Part shown: piece by piece, positions 11,876-21,247 of the stretch | How the letters are laid out: each line of letters begins with the position of its first letter | How positions within the stretch are numbered: position 1 is the first letter of the stretch | Source of the DNA: an uncultured Candidatus Rokubacteria bacterium | GTDB taxonomy: Bacteria > Methylomirabilota > Methylomirabilia > Rokubacteriales > CSP1-6 | Assembly (NCBI GenBank): GCA_963758635.1 | Contig: CAVWWD010000007.1 | Span: 128,001-192,000, forward strand | DNA: 64,000 bases | Direction: 5' to 3' | Translations under genes and position numbers: made by a program | The notes under the pieces: model-generated | Told to the model about the DNA's origin: nothing | Database searches by the model: none | Seen by the model: only the letters and a program-made list of their open reading frames with translations

Positions 11876-12290
11876 CGTCCAGTCCTCCAATCGGGGTCGG
11901 GCGCACCTGCAGTTCGACCAAGGGACCTATCAGGAGCGACGTATCAGGAGGTCGTGCAGGAGCATCACTCGTGACGCAGAGCGGCCGCTCGATGCTTCAC
12001 CACCAACGACGCGAAGGCTGTAAACCTTGGTCTCTCATCGCGTCTGACACCCGCCGTGGGCGAGCCCCTCATATCTCGCATCGCCCGGATGCACCGCGCT
12101 GGTCGCCCACCCAGGGTCTCTCGCGCTGAATCGTGCCTCTCTCCGAAAATGAGCGCATCTGCAGCTCGCCAGCCTCGTTGCCGGTCTCGACGAAGTCGTC
12201 GAAATGAAGTCCTGTTACCTCCGCGCGATCTGACGACACTTCGACTACCCAACTGCGCTCGCTCTGGACGAAAGCTGGCTGCCGGGCCGC

Positions 12291-13823
12291 TTAGAGTGGT
12301 CGCTGGCTTGTGGTTGGTGTGGGAGAATCCGATAAATCTGTCGACGCCCCGTAGGTGGAAGCCGGAGCCTCTTCAGACGAGCGGATTGTCAAGCTCCGCA
12401 GAATGTCCAAGTACAACGATTTCTGGGCCATCACGAACAGGAGCACCCACGCGTAAACGATGAGAAAAACAACGCCGCCCAGCAGAAGCCTCGTGAGGGG
12501 CGACAGTGAAGCACCTAGGAAGAATATGGTCGCGAAGGCAGCTGACGCACCCGCGAACCCCGAGAGCAGCGGCCGGCCCACCACGCTCAGCACGTCCCGG
12601 TAAGAGACCACGGTGTCACGAAACACCCACAGCAGATGCGGGATGACCCATAGGGTCATCGCTGCTGAAAAACCGAGCGCGACGCCTTCCGGTCCGTACG
12701 GCAGGCCGAGCACGCAGCCGGTCATCACCAAGGGCGCGATGACGAGCGCAAGCTTCAAGCTCCGCCCAACCATTCCCAGCGAGACCAGCAGCCAACCTGT
12801 GGGGTTGATCAGGGCGAAGGCCAAGATGGTCGGCGTCAGGAAGCGGAAGACCGGGACCGCGTCCTTCCATTTTGGTCCAAGCATCACGAAAATCAATTCT
12901 TCGGCGAAGAGAGCGCAGACGACAGCTATGGGTATCGTGACGGCGAGGATAAGCGCGTAGGCCTTGAGGAAATAACTTCTGAACCTCTTGGGGTCATCCT
13001 GGACGCGCGACAGCACCGGAAAGGTCACAGCGCCCACCGCGAGATTGAGGTTCTCGGTCGGGAGATTGATCAGTTGGTACGCCCTCCCGTAGATTCCCGT
13101 GATCTCGGCCCCCCAGAAACGCCCCAACAGGACCTTATCAAGATTGTAGGCGACGTAGACAACCAAGCTGTTCAGCGTGACGATGCCTCCAAAGCGTATC
13201 ATCGAACCCATTCCGGTGCCGCGACGGGGCCGTCCAGGAATCCAGCCGGCAAAGAGCCAGGTGAAAAGTGTGGATACGAAAGGCACGGTGACAGACCACG
13301 CAACCAGAGCCCAATATCCGTGCCCTCGCAAAGCCATGACGACACTGACCACGCTGCTTGCGAGCAAGGACAGGATCTCGATGATCGCCAGAGCGGTGAA
13401 GCGCAATCGGCGCTGGAGGAGAGCCGAATGTTGCACGCTCGCGGCGCTGAAGAGGAATCCAAGCGCCAATACGACGGTGACCATGAAGAGTCGCGGCTCG
13501 TGATAGAAGGCGACCACAAGTGGAGCAACGGCAAGGGATACGAGACCAAGCATCGCGCCCACGAACACGTTAATCCAGAAGAGCGTTGACATCTGATCGT
13601 TGCTGATGGTGGCGCGCTGGACCGAGGCGGTAGACAGACCAAACTCCCGGAAGTAACTCAGGATGCCGGTGACCGCAGTGACCATGCCCACGAGGCCGAA
13701 GTCGGTAGGCTGGAGAACACGAGCCAGAACCATAAGCGATGCGATCCGCAAGAGAAAATTAGCCGCCTGGGCGCATAGTTTTGCCAGCCCACCGCGGATC
13801 GCCCGCTCCTTCAGGTCCCTCAT
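12291..13823 (-). CDS. polysaccharide flippase (Wzx/PST family)
   Basis: LARVLQPTDFGLVGM, G(I)YGRAYQL, many TM helices over 510 aa. Confidence 0.9.
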   Translation of the reverse strand: MRDLKERAIRGGLAKLCAQAANFLLRIASLMVLARVLQPTDFGLVGMVTAVTGILSYFREFGLSTASVQRATISNDQMSTLFWINVFVGAMLGLVSLAVAPLVVAFYHEPRLFMVTVVLALGFLFSAASVQHSALLQRRLRFTALAIIEILSLLASSVVSVVMALRGHGYWALVAWSVTVPFVSTLFTWLFAGWIPGRPRRGTGMGSMIRFGGIVTLNSLVVYVAYNLDKVLLGRFWGAEITGIYGRAYQLINLPTENLNLAVGAVTFPVLSRVQDDPKRFRSYFLKAYALILAVTIPIAVVCALFAEELIFVMLGPKWKDAVPVFRFLTPTILAFALINPTGWLLVSLGMVGRSLKLALVIAPLVMTGCVLGLPYGPEGVALGFSAAMTLWVIPHLLWVFRDTVVSYRDVLSVVGRPLLSGFAGASAAFATIFFLGASLSPLTRLLLGGVVFLIVYAWVLLFVMAQKSLYLDILRSLTIRSSEEAPASTYGASTDLSDSPTPTTSQRPL

Positions 13824-13974
13824 CGCCTTTTCACCTGCTCACCCGAGCAGTGCTCTGACGTAGCCTGCCATTCTTTGAACCCCACCCTCGCAGGGAGCCG
13901 GTTCCACAGCGCACGTCATCGGTGTTTGCGTGCGGCGAGGGGGCCGACCCGATTGAGCGGCAGACTATGCCGGC

Positions 13975-14326
13975 ATGGCCCTCGGCCGTGCGCAGGCGGC
14001 CGCGCCGATAGCCGTTGCGGTAGCCGTCGCCCGGCGCGGCCCCGGTCACGTAGTACTCCCAGCCCACGGCCTCACCTCGGCTTCCAGCCCTTCCTCCACG
14101 ATCTTGCGAGACCGCCAGCTTGAGCTGTGCAGCCGCGGGCGTCGCCGTCTCCCACGCCCGGGGTCAGCAGCTCATCGAGCTTCTGGCTCGTCCGCTCCGA
14201 TGCCGGGATTCTCGTGGGCACGCCGATGCCTCCTCTTGCCGTCGGCACCAACCGGCGACCTTGGGTTTCGCGACACCAGCAAGAGTGCATCCCCGTCTCG
14301 CTTCCCGCAACTATAGGATTTCACCC
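13975..14326 (-). pseudogene. IS256-family transposase N-terminal remnant with probable left end
   Basis: Manual translation from GTG 14221 (RBS GAGGAGG) gives, across frameshifts, ...RKIVEEGLEAEV..VG.EYY...GYRNGYRRGRLRTAEG, the mutator/IS256 N-terminal signature; truncated after TAEG. Confidence 0.75.
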
Positions 14327-14422
14327 AACAGCACCAGCGGATTAGAGCGATAATCTTTGGATCCGGTCGGAAGTGTGCTCGGGTCAACCGTTGTGTGAGT
14401 CAACCGTGGGGGAGGGAGCACC

Positions 14423-15071
14423 GTGGGACGGCGCCTACGTCATTTGATAACTGACCCGGCAGAGCAACGGTCCATCGGGACTACCCTGCGAAGGAAACGG
14501 TGGGAAGTGCTTCGCCGGCGCTTCCCCGATTTCGCGAAGATGCGTTGTGCTTGACCTCGGTGGCACGGTCGTGCACTGGGAGACCAGTCCAATCTGTCCC
14601 CGATCAGTGGTCGTGGTCAACCTGCTTCCCGAGTCAAGTGATATCGACTCGATCACGGCCGTGCAGGGCGACGCCTGTGACCCGCCCACCGTGGTGCGGG
14701 ACGCAGAGTTCGATCTGGTCTATTCCAATTCCCTGATCGAGCATGTGGGCGGCTACGCCCGCTGCCGTGACTTCGCGGCCGTGGTCCACGCCATGGCGTC
14801 ACACCACTGGGTGCAGACCCCGTATCGCTACTTCCCGATCGAACCGCACCGGCTCTTTCCAGGCCTGCAGTTCCTGCCGCAGCGCGCCCGCGCGTGGGCA
14901 ATCCGGCACTGGCCGCTGTCGCCTGCGTCGCCCAATCCGGAACAGGCTCTTCGGGATGTCCTCGAGGTCGAGCTGCTGTCGAAGACGGAAATGAAGTACT
15001 ATTTTCCTCGCTCCGAACTCCTTGAGGAACGAGTGCTGGGGTTGACGAAGTCGCTTATCGCGGTCGTCTGA
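14423..15071 (+). CDS. class I SAM-dependent methyltransferase-like protein (frameshift ~14545)
   Basis: RRRFPDFAKMR/VLDLGG, QGDACD, FDLVYSNSLIEHVGG, WVQTPYRYFPIEPH. Confidence 0.8.
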
Positions 15072-15209
15072 CGGAAGCGAAAGAGCGTCGGTCAACAGAA
15101 GGCCCGGACGCTGTGTACCAAGTCAACTTCTTCGAACCAAGACCATGAGCGAGATGACTGACGCTGCAGTCAGAGACTCGGTCCTGCCATCTTATGTGAC
15201 CAAGGGCCG

Positions 15210-15345
15210 GCGACACCTACACCGGGCTCGAAGAGGCGCGCCCGCACATCAACACTTTCATCGACCAGATCTACAATAGGCAACGCGTTCACTCGGCGCT
15301 GGCTATCTGTCGCCGCGTGAGTTCGCGGTCTCGCGGTCAACTGCC
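15210..15345 (+). pseudogene. IS3-family transposase C-terminal remnant
   Basis: Manual translation DTYTGLEEARPHINTFIDQIYNRQRVHSAL(g)YLSPREF matches the IS3 YN..R.HSALGYLSP..F terminus. Confidence 0.75.
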
Positions 15346-15472
15346 GTGATCGGCGCCGCTCATGGCCGCGGTTGCCGGCGTCGAGGATCACTCGTTTCTC
15401 TGGGCCATGTGAGGGGTAGGATTTCGTTGGACACCTCACTGGAGGGCATGATGGGCCTCCAAGGAGGGAGCC

Positions 15473-15850
15473 ATGAGCAAACGCAAGAAGGCGAGGCAGG
15501 TCCTGGCCGGGGCGGCGGCGGCCGCGGGCGCTGACAACGGACGGGAGCCGGGGCGCTTTTCGGCGCGGCGGAAGACGGAGACGATCCTGCGCCTGCTGCG
15601 GGGCGAGGCGCTCGACGGCGTGGCGCGCGAGCTCGGGGTGACGGCGGCGACGCTGGCGCAGTGGCGGGAGCAGTTCCTGGCGGGGGGGCAGAGCGCGCTG
15701 AAGAGCCGGCCGGCCGACGAGCGGGATGACGAGATCCAGCGGCTGCGGGCCAAGGTCGGCGAGATCACGATGAACAACGAGCTGCTCCTGGATCGGTGCC
15801 ATCGGCTGGAGGGCGGCCTCCCTTTGGCGTGGCGGAGGCGGAGCGAATGA
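15473..15850 (+). CDS. IS3-family transposase OrfA (HTH)
   Basis: RFSARRKTETILRLLRGE..ARELGVT..TLAQWREQF, coiled-coil LRAKVGEITM. Confidence 0.88.
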   Translation: MSKRKKARQVLAGAAAAAGADNGREPGRFSARRKTETILRLLRGEALDGVARELGVTAATLAQWREQFLAGGQSALKSRPADERDDEIQRLRAKVGEITMNNELLLDRCHRLEGGLPLAWRRRSE

Positions 15851-16734
15851 GCCAGACCCGCTCCCCCTCCACGCAGCAGGTCTACGGTCTGGCGCGGGTG
15901 TGCCGGGTGTGGGAGGTGGCGCGCTCGACGGTGTACGCCACGAAGGGCCGGGCGGCGGGGCCGGCGACGGCCCCGGGGCGGCGCGGCCCGAAGCCGCGGT
16001 GGAGCGACGAGACGTTGCTGAGCGAGATCCGGGCCGTGCTGGCGGCCGCGGTGTTTCTGGGGGAGGGGCATCGCAAGGTCTGGGCGCGGCTGCGGTGGCA
16101 GGGGGTGCGGACGTCGAAGGCCCGGGTGCTGCGGCTGATGCGGGAGGCGCACCTGCTGGCGCCCACGCGTGTGGGCCACGCCCACGGGCCGAAGGCGCAC
16201 GACGGGACGATCACCACGGAGCAGCCGGATCAGATGTGGGGGATGGATGCGACGAGTTGTCTGACCCGCGAGGGGACGGCCACAGTCTTCGTGGTGGTGG
16301 ATCACTGCGCGGCCGAGTGCATCGGGCTGCACGCGGCCAAGCCGGGGACCCGGTTCGAGGCGGTGGAGCCGCTGCGGCAGGGGATCCACGCCCTGTTCGG
16401 CGGCTACGAGGCCGGCATCGCGGGCGGGCTGCAGGCGCGGCACGATCACGGCAGCGAGTACATGAGCGACTACTTCCAAGATGAGCTGAAGTTCCTGGGC
16501 ATCGTGTCCAGCCCGGCGTTCGTGCGCGAGCCGGAAGGCAACGGCGTGGCGGAGCGGTTCATCCGCACGCTCAAGGAGCAGCTGCTCTGGGTCCGGAGCT
16601 TCGACACCGTGGAGGAGTTGCGCCACGCGCTCCTCGAGTTCAAGGCGCGGTACAACCGCGCGTGGCTCTGCGAACGCCACGGGCATCAGACGCCGGCGCA
16701 GGTGCGCGCCCAGCTCCTGCCGAGGGCCGCGTGA
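15847..16734 (+). CDS. IS3-family transposase OrfB (integrase core, DDE)
   Basis: ATGA overlap with orfA; GHRKVWARL, WGMD, HDHGSEY, PEGNGVAERFIRTLKEQ. Confidence 0.9.
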   Translation: MSQTRSPSTQQVYGLARVCRVWEVARSTVYATKGRAAGPATAPGRRGPKPRWSDETLLSEIRAVLAAAVFLGEGHRKVWARLRWQGVRTSKARVLRLMREAHLLAPTRVGHAHGPKAHDGTITTEQPDQMWGMDATSCLTREGTATVFVVVDHCAAECIGLHAAKPGTRFEAVEPLRQGIHALFGGYEAGIAGGLQARHDHGSEYMSDYFQDELKFLGIVSSPAFVREPEGNGVAERFIRTLKEQLLWVRSFDTVEELRHALLEFKARYNRAWLCERHGHQTPAQVRAQLLPRAA

Positions 16735-16878
16735 GGCTGCGGGGGCCCGCCCGACCGGAACGCGAGGGCCGTAGAGGCGCTACAAGGGGCCTTGGAGAGG
16801 AGGGCCGCTATCTCGGTATCCCCCCCACGGCGCCCGATCGAGTCAGTTACCACCACTCCACTCACAGAAGGGAACAAA

Positions 16879-18183
16879 ATGGGGAATCTACGATGGCTGG
16901 TCGTGGCGGCGGCACTCGCCCAAGCGGGTGCTCCACAGGTCGCACTCGCTCAAGCGGGCGCCCCAGCGGCGCCGACGAATCTCCGGATTGTCACCAGCGC
17001 GCCGCCGCCTGGAGTGACGTACCGCGCGCCGGATGGCGGGACGGATTACTTCGCGCGGTTCAGCGGCGGCACCATCCCGTCGTCGCCATCGTTCTTTCCG
17101 CTCGCCGTCTGGTTCGAGAGCGTCATCAGTCAGTCCGACATAGATTTGGACAAGGGGGCGGGCCTCAATACCTACGTGGTGCTGACCGTCAACTCGGATG
17201 CGGCGCTCGTGGCCTCGAACGGCATGTATTTTTTTGCGCATCAGGGGGCGTGGAAGGCGAAATTGCCGTTTGCGCGCGCGGGGTGGGAGTTGGACGACGA
17301 AGTGGACATGATTTACGGCGCGCCGAGTGGATTCACGCACCTGAGCACGATTCTGTCGTCGCTCCCTGCCGACAACAAACCGCGCTATGCCAACTATGGG
17401 AAGGGCGTCATGGCCTGGCTGGATGATGTCGACGCCACGCAGTTTGTCAACGCCTACACGCATGTCACCTCGGCCGACTTTTACTTTTGGACGGACCTCA
17501 ATATCTGTGAGGAGCAAGAAGGGGGATGGTTCTATAAACACTTGGGCATCCCCGGCTTCAGCCCCCCGCGCGCCCTCACCACGGCAGAGTGTCGCGCGGC
17601 CTGGAACTATGGATATGTGATCGACCGCCTGCGCCAACTGGATGGCATGGCCGGGGGTACGGGTCCGACCCAACGCCGGCCGATGTGGGGGTTTGTCGAG
17701 CTTGGGAACCCCTGGAGCCAAAATGTGCCGAAGATTACCCCCGCACAGGTGCGAGCAGCCGTGTGGCACATGCTGATCGCGGAAGCGCGCGGCATCATCT
17801 ACTTCAACCATACCTTCGGGGGAGCCTGCATTTCGCAGCATATCTTGCGCGATCCGTGTTATGCGACGATCCGGGCCGAGGTGACCACGATCAATCAGCG
17901 GATCGTGGCGTTGGCCCCCGTGCTTAATGCGGCCTTTGCTGATGGCTATGTCACGACCTCCAGCGGGGTCCGGGTGATGACCAAGTACGGGCCGGATGGC
18001 GCCTTCTATGTCTTCGCCGGATCCAAGCAGCATGCGTCACAGACCGTCACGTTTACGGTGGCGGCGGGCGCGACCGTGGAGGTGCTCTTTGAGAATCGAA
18101 CGCTCACGATTACCGGTGGGAAGTTCAGTGACACGTTTGCTGACGGAAACGCCATACACATCTACCGGATCACCGGCGGGTGA
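16879..18183 (+). CDS. secreted putative glycoside hydrolase, paralog B
   Basis: Signal peptide LRWLVVAAALAQA; collinear with 10538..11875 (FFPLAVWFESV, DEVDM, NYGKG, PMWGFVE, ARGIIYFNHTFGG, HIYRIT). Confidence 0.7.
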   Translation: MGNLRWLVVAAALAQAGAPQVALAQAGAPAAPTNLRIVTSAPPPGVTYRAPDGGTDYFARFSGGTIPSSPSFFPLAVWFESVISQSDIDLDKGAGLNTYVVLTVNSDAALVASNGMYFFAHQGAWKAKLPFARAGWELDDEVDMIYGAPSGFTHLSTILSSLPADNKPRYANYGKGVMAWLDDVDATQFVNAYTHVTSADFYFWTDLNICEEQEGGWFYKHLGIPGFSPPRALTTAECRAAWNYGYVIDRLRQLDGMAGGTGPTQRRPMWGFVELGNPWSQNVPKITPAQVRAAVWHMLIAEARGIIYFNHTFGGACISQHILRDPCYATIRAEVTTINQRIVALAPVLNAAFADGYVTTSSGVRVMTKYGPDGAFYVFAGSKQHASQTVTFTVAAGATVEVLFENRTLTITGGKFSDTFADGNAIHIYRITGG

Positions 18184-18338
18184 TGCAATCACGCTACGAA
18201 CGCCGGGCAGCCTTCAGCTCGGTTGCCATCGAAGCCACGTCGCAGATGTCGTCCCCGATCCCCGCAGCGTTTGAGTTCTTGTAAGCATGTCGACGGGAAC
18301 GCCGGTTCACCTTTACTCCGTGGATAAAGAGTCCAGCT

Positions 18339-19304
18339 GTGGCGCCTACTGAGATGACAACGACCTGCGTCTCCAGCGGCCGTGTCTTCACCGACGACCA
18401 TGAGGTCGTCGACTGCGCCGCTATCATCGTGACCTACAACAGCGCGGCAGACATCGGCGGCCTGCTGGACTCACTCCCTGCTGCCGCGGCGGGCCTGCGG
18501 ATTCGGGCCGTGGTGGTCGACAACGACTCTTCTGACGACATCGCGTCCATAGTCGCGCGTTTCCCCGGCGTGCTCTTCGTGCCCGCGGGCGGAAACCTGG
18601 GCTACGCTGGCGGGCTCAACCTCGGCCGCCGATACTGCCGGCAGAGCCGCTCCGTCCTCGTGCTCAATCCCGATCTGGTGCTCGCACCCGGCAGCATCCG
18701 AGCGCTCCTTGCCGCACTGGCGCGACACGGCACCGGCGCCGCAGTGCCACGCATGCTCAACGAGGACGGCCATCTCTTCCCCTCTCTTCGCCGGGAGCCA
18801 TCCCTTACCCGCGCACTTGGCGATGGGCTGTTCGGCAAGGCGTGGCCGAACCGGCCGGCGTGGCTATCCGAGATGGTCTGGACGCGTGAAGCCTACGAGT
18901 CCGAAGGCCCGGTCCAGTGGGCGACTGGCGCCGCGCTGCTCGTGTCGGCCGCGGCCGACGCCGCCGTCGGGGCCTGGGACGATGCGCGGTTCTTCCTCTA
19001 CTCGGAGGAGACCGACTACTGCCGACGACTGCGAGAGGGCGGGCACAGTATCCACTACGTGCCGGAGGCGACCGTTGTGCACCGCGGCGGTGGCTCCGGC
19101 ATCAGCGTCGATCTAGCGGCGTTGAGTGCGGTCAACCGGATCCGCTACTTCCGCAAGTACCACGGTCGGCTGGCCAGTGCGGTGTTTCGTGCCGCGGTGA
19201 TCCTAACCGAGCTCCTGCGGGTGCACCGTCCCGGCAATCGCCGGGCCCTGTGGGTGCTGCTGTCGGCGCATCGTTGGTCACGACTGCCGGGGCAGCGTGT
19301 GTAG
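18339..19304 (+). CDS. glycosyltransferase family 2 (WbbL/rhamnosyltransferase-like)
   Basis: IIVTYNS, VVVDNDSSD, GNLGYAGG, LNPD, FFLYSEETD. Confidence 0.9.
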   Translation: MAPTEMTTTCVSSGRVFTDDHEVVDCAAIIVTYNSAADIGGLLDSLPAAAAGLRIRAVVVDNDSSDDIASIVARFPGVLFVPAGGNLGYAGGLNLGRRYCRQSRSVLVLNPDLVLAPGSIRALLAALARHGTGAAVPRMLNEDGHLFPSLRREPSLTRALGDGLFGKAWPNRPAWLSEMVWTREAYESEGPVQWATGAALLVSAAADAAVGAWDDARFFLYSEETDYCRRLREGGHSIHYVPEATVVHRGGGSGISVDLAALSAVNRIRYFRKYHGRLASAVFRAAVILTELLRVHRPGNRRALWVLLSAHRWSRLPGQRV

Positions 19305-19739
19305 TCCCGGAAATTGTCCGCCAAGCCTATGGTTTATGGCCACTTCACGGTGGTAGTGTCATCGTGCTGTCCGGCTTTTCGCTCGCTCTCTCAAACTGGC
19401 GCTGGCGGTGCCGGCGACGCTGGTGGTCGGGCGGCTATTCGCGGCCGTATTCGAGCTGCGGTTCACAAGGCACAGAACGCGGGCAGCTCTTCGGGCGGCG
19501 GCTCGTGTCTGACTCGCCGGACGGCGAGATTGCGACCATGAGTTGCGGAACGGAGCTCCTTACTCGGAACCGCGTTGACCCAGGACCGGCCGAGGGTGGC
19601 ACGGGCCGCCGCGACTTCCCGGCTTGGCAGGTTGAGGTAGCAGCGGGCGTCTGCAGTGCCGACTCTACGGAGCGTGCCGGCAACCTCCACAACTTGTAGC
19701 GGCCCGAACGTCGCGCCCGTCAGACTCGTCGCCCGCGCG

Positions 19740-20035
19740 TCACCCGGTGATTCCTGTTAGATGTTCGCGTTCGCGTCGACGAACGAATCCGTGAACTGAC
19801 GGTTTGTGAGGGTTCGAGTCCGGCCCTCGTACAACACCTCCACGCTCGATCCCGCCGCGACGGTGAAGGTCGCCGTGGTGGCGCCTCCCGTCCATCCAGC
19901 GAACACGTAACAGGCTCCGTCGGGACCGCGCTTGGCGATCGCCCGCCCGCCGCGCGAGACCGTCCATACCCGTCGGCGAACGGCGAATTGAGCACCGTCG
20001 CGAGCTGGGTGATCTGCGGGTTGAACCCGCCCAGA
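19740..20035 (-). pseudogene. truncated third copy (C-terminal domain) of the paralog A/B gene
   Basis: Manual translation NPQITQLATVLNSPFADGY...AKRGPDGACYVFAG.TGGATTATFTVAAGSSVEVLYE...RQFTDSFVDAN...ITG*, matching the paralog A C-terminus. Confidence 0.85.
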
Positions 20036-20038
20036 CGG

Positions 20039-21046
20039 TCACCGCTGCTGGAAGATGCGTATGTAGTCGACCTCCAGCTGATGGACCAGGGTCTGACTCG
20101 ACAAGACCGACCCCCAATCGCGTTCCCATTGGTTGTCGATCATCATGTGCAAGATGAGCTGCATGGGACCGCTCTCGATGGTGCTGGAATTGCCATTGAA
20201 CTGCCCGCACTTGACTCCGTCGATGTACCAGGCGATGTGCGTGGGCTGCCAGTCCAGGCCGAATCTGACGAAATCCGTTGAGTAATTTCGTACCGGGCAC
20301 GCTCCGTTGTTGTGCAAGCCATTGTTGGGAGTGTAGGAGCTAGCGCGACCGTTGTAGTGATAGTGCATGAAGATCGTGTCAGGAAAGCCGCCGAGTATCT
20401 CGACGATATCGATTTCCGTAGCGTAGTTGAAGCTCGGATTGGTCGGGAGCATCCAGAAGGCCGTGAAGAATCCCGGCGTCCCCGGGAACTTCATCCGCGC
20501 TTCGATGTAGCCGTACGTGAACGGAAACAGGTAAGGGGAGCCGTTGTCGGCTCGGGGCCGGGCCGTCGATACCAGCCCTGCCTTGTAGGTGCACACGCCT
20601 TGGTAGCACGCATTGTTGGGATAAGGCGGCGAGAGAGGCTCAGCCACGAGCTTGGCCGTGCCGTTGCTTATGCGCACCTGCGATGGCAGATAGCGTTCTT
20701 TGCCCGAGTTGAATGATGCCGTGCAGTCGCCGAAGTTCCAGTCGAAGCACGGTGTGAGCTTCGTGGTGTCGAGCGTGGTGCCATTGAATTCTTCGAAGTA
20801 TGTGACGGCCCATTGCTTGCCACTGGCGACCGGTGCTGGGGGCAACGGGAAGCAGTTCGGAGGAGCGCCGATCTGGCCCGTGGGACAGGCGCCGCCGCTG
20901 ACTGTGAGGTTCGTCGGGGCGTTCGGCACGGTCAACTGCGCGAGCGCGGTGCCGCCGCCGACGCACAGAACTGTGAACAGCCCGATCAACAGATGGGAGA
21001 GACGCCAGCGGGGAAACAGTTGGTGGCGGCGAATTCGTAAAAGCAT
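20039..21046 (-). CDS. secreted glycoside hydrolase family 16
   Basis: GGAGG RBS, signal peptide, FEEFNG..LD, FTYGYIEARMK, AFWM, catalytic EIDIVE, WYIDG, VDYIRIFQ. Confidence 0.9.
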   Translation of the reverse strand: MLLRIRRHQLFPRWRLSHLLIGLFTVLCVGGGTALAQLTVPNAPTNLTVSGGACPTGQIGAPPNCFPLPPAPVASGKQWAVTYFEEFNGTTLDTTKLTPCFDWNFGDCTASFNSGKERYLPSQVRISNGTAKLVAEPLSPPYPNNACYQGVCTYKAGLVSTARPRADNGSPYLFPFTYGYIEARMKFPGTPGFFTAFWMLPTNPSFNYATEIDIVEILGGFPDTIFMHYHYNGRASSYTPNNGLHNNGACPVRNYSTDFVRFGLDWQPTHIAWYIDGVKCGQFNGNSSTIESGPMQLILHMMIDNQWERDWGSVLSSQTLVHQLEVDYIRIFQQR

Positions 21047-21247
21047 TGAACCTCCGCAGTCACGTGTTGGCGATGTGCAACCCGGTCGGCTGCGCAACGT
21101 GGCGCACGACCCCGGGCAAGCTGGACTGGCTGCGTGCGCTTACCCTCGCTTCCCACCTCTTTTCCTGACTTCTCGTCGATCGATCGGGCGGGCTGGGCGG
21201 TCCAGCCGTTGGCCCGCGCGCGTGGCCTCTGGACACCGACGAGACAC

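Larger units (their letters stand above)
15408..16734 (+). mobile_element. IS3-family insertion sequence (orfA + orfB)
   Basis: Candidate left end TGTGAGGGGTAGGATTTCGTTGGACACC; HTH orfA and DDE orfB; higher GC than flanks; right inverted repeat not confidently located. Confidence 0.8.

Noticed and set aside
19305..19739. Short ORFs between the GT2 and the paralog remnant
   Set aside because: No RBS, motif or codon pattern supporting a gene; left unannotated.
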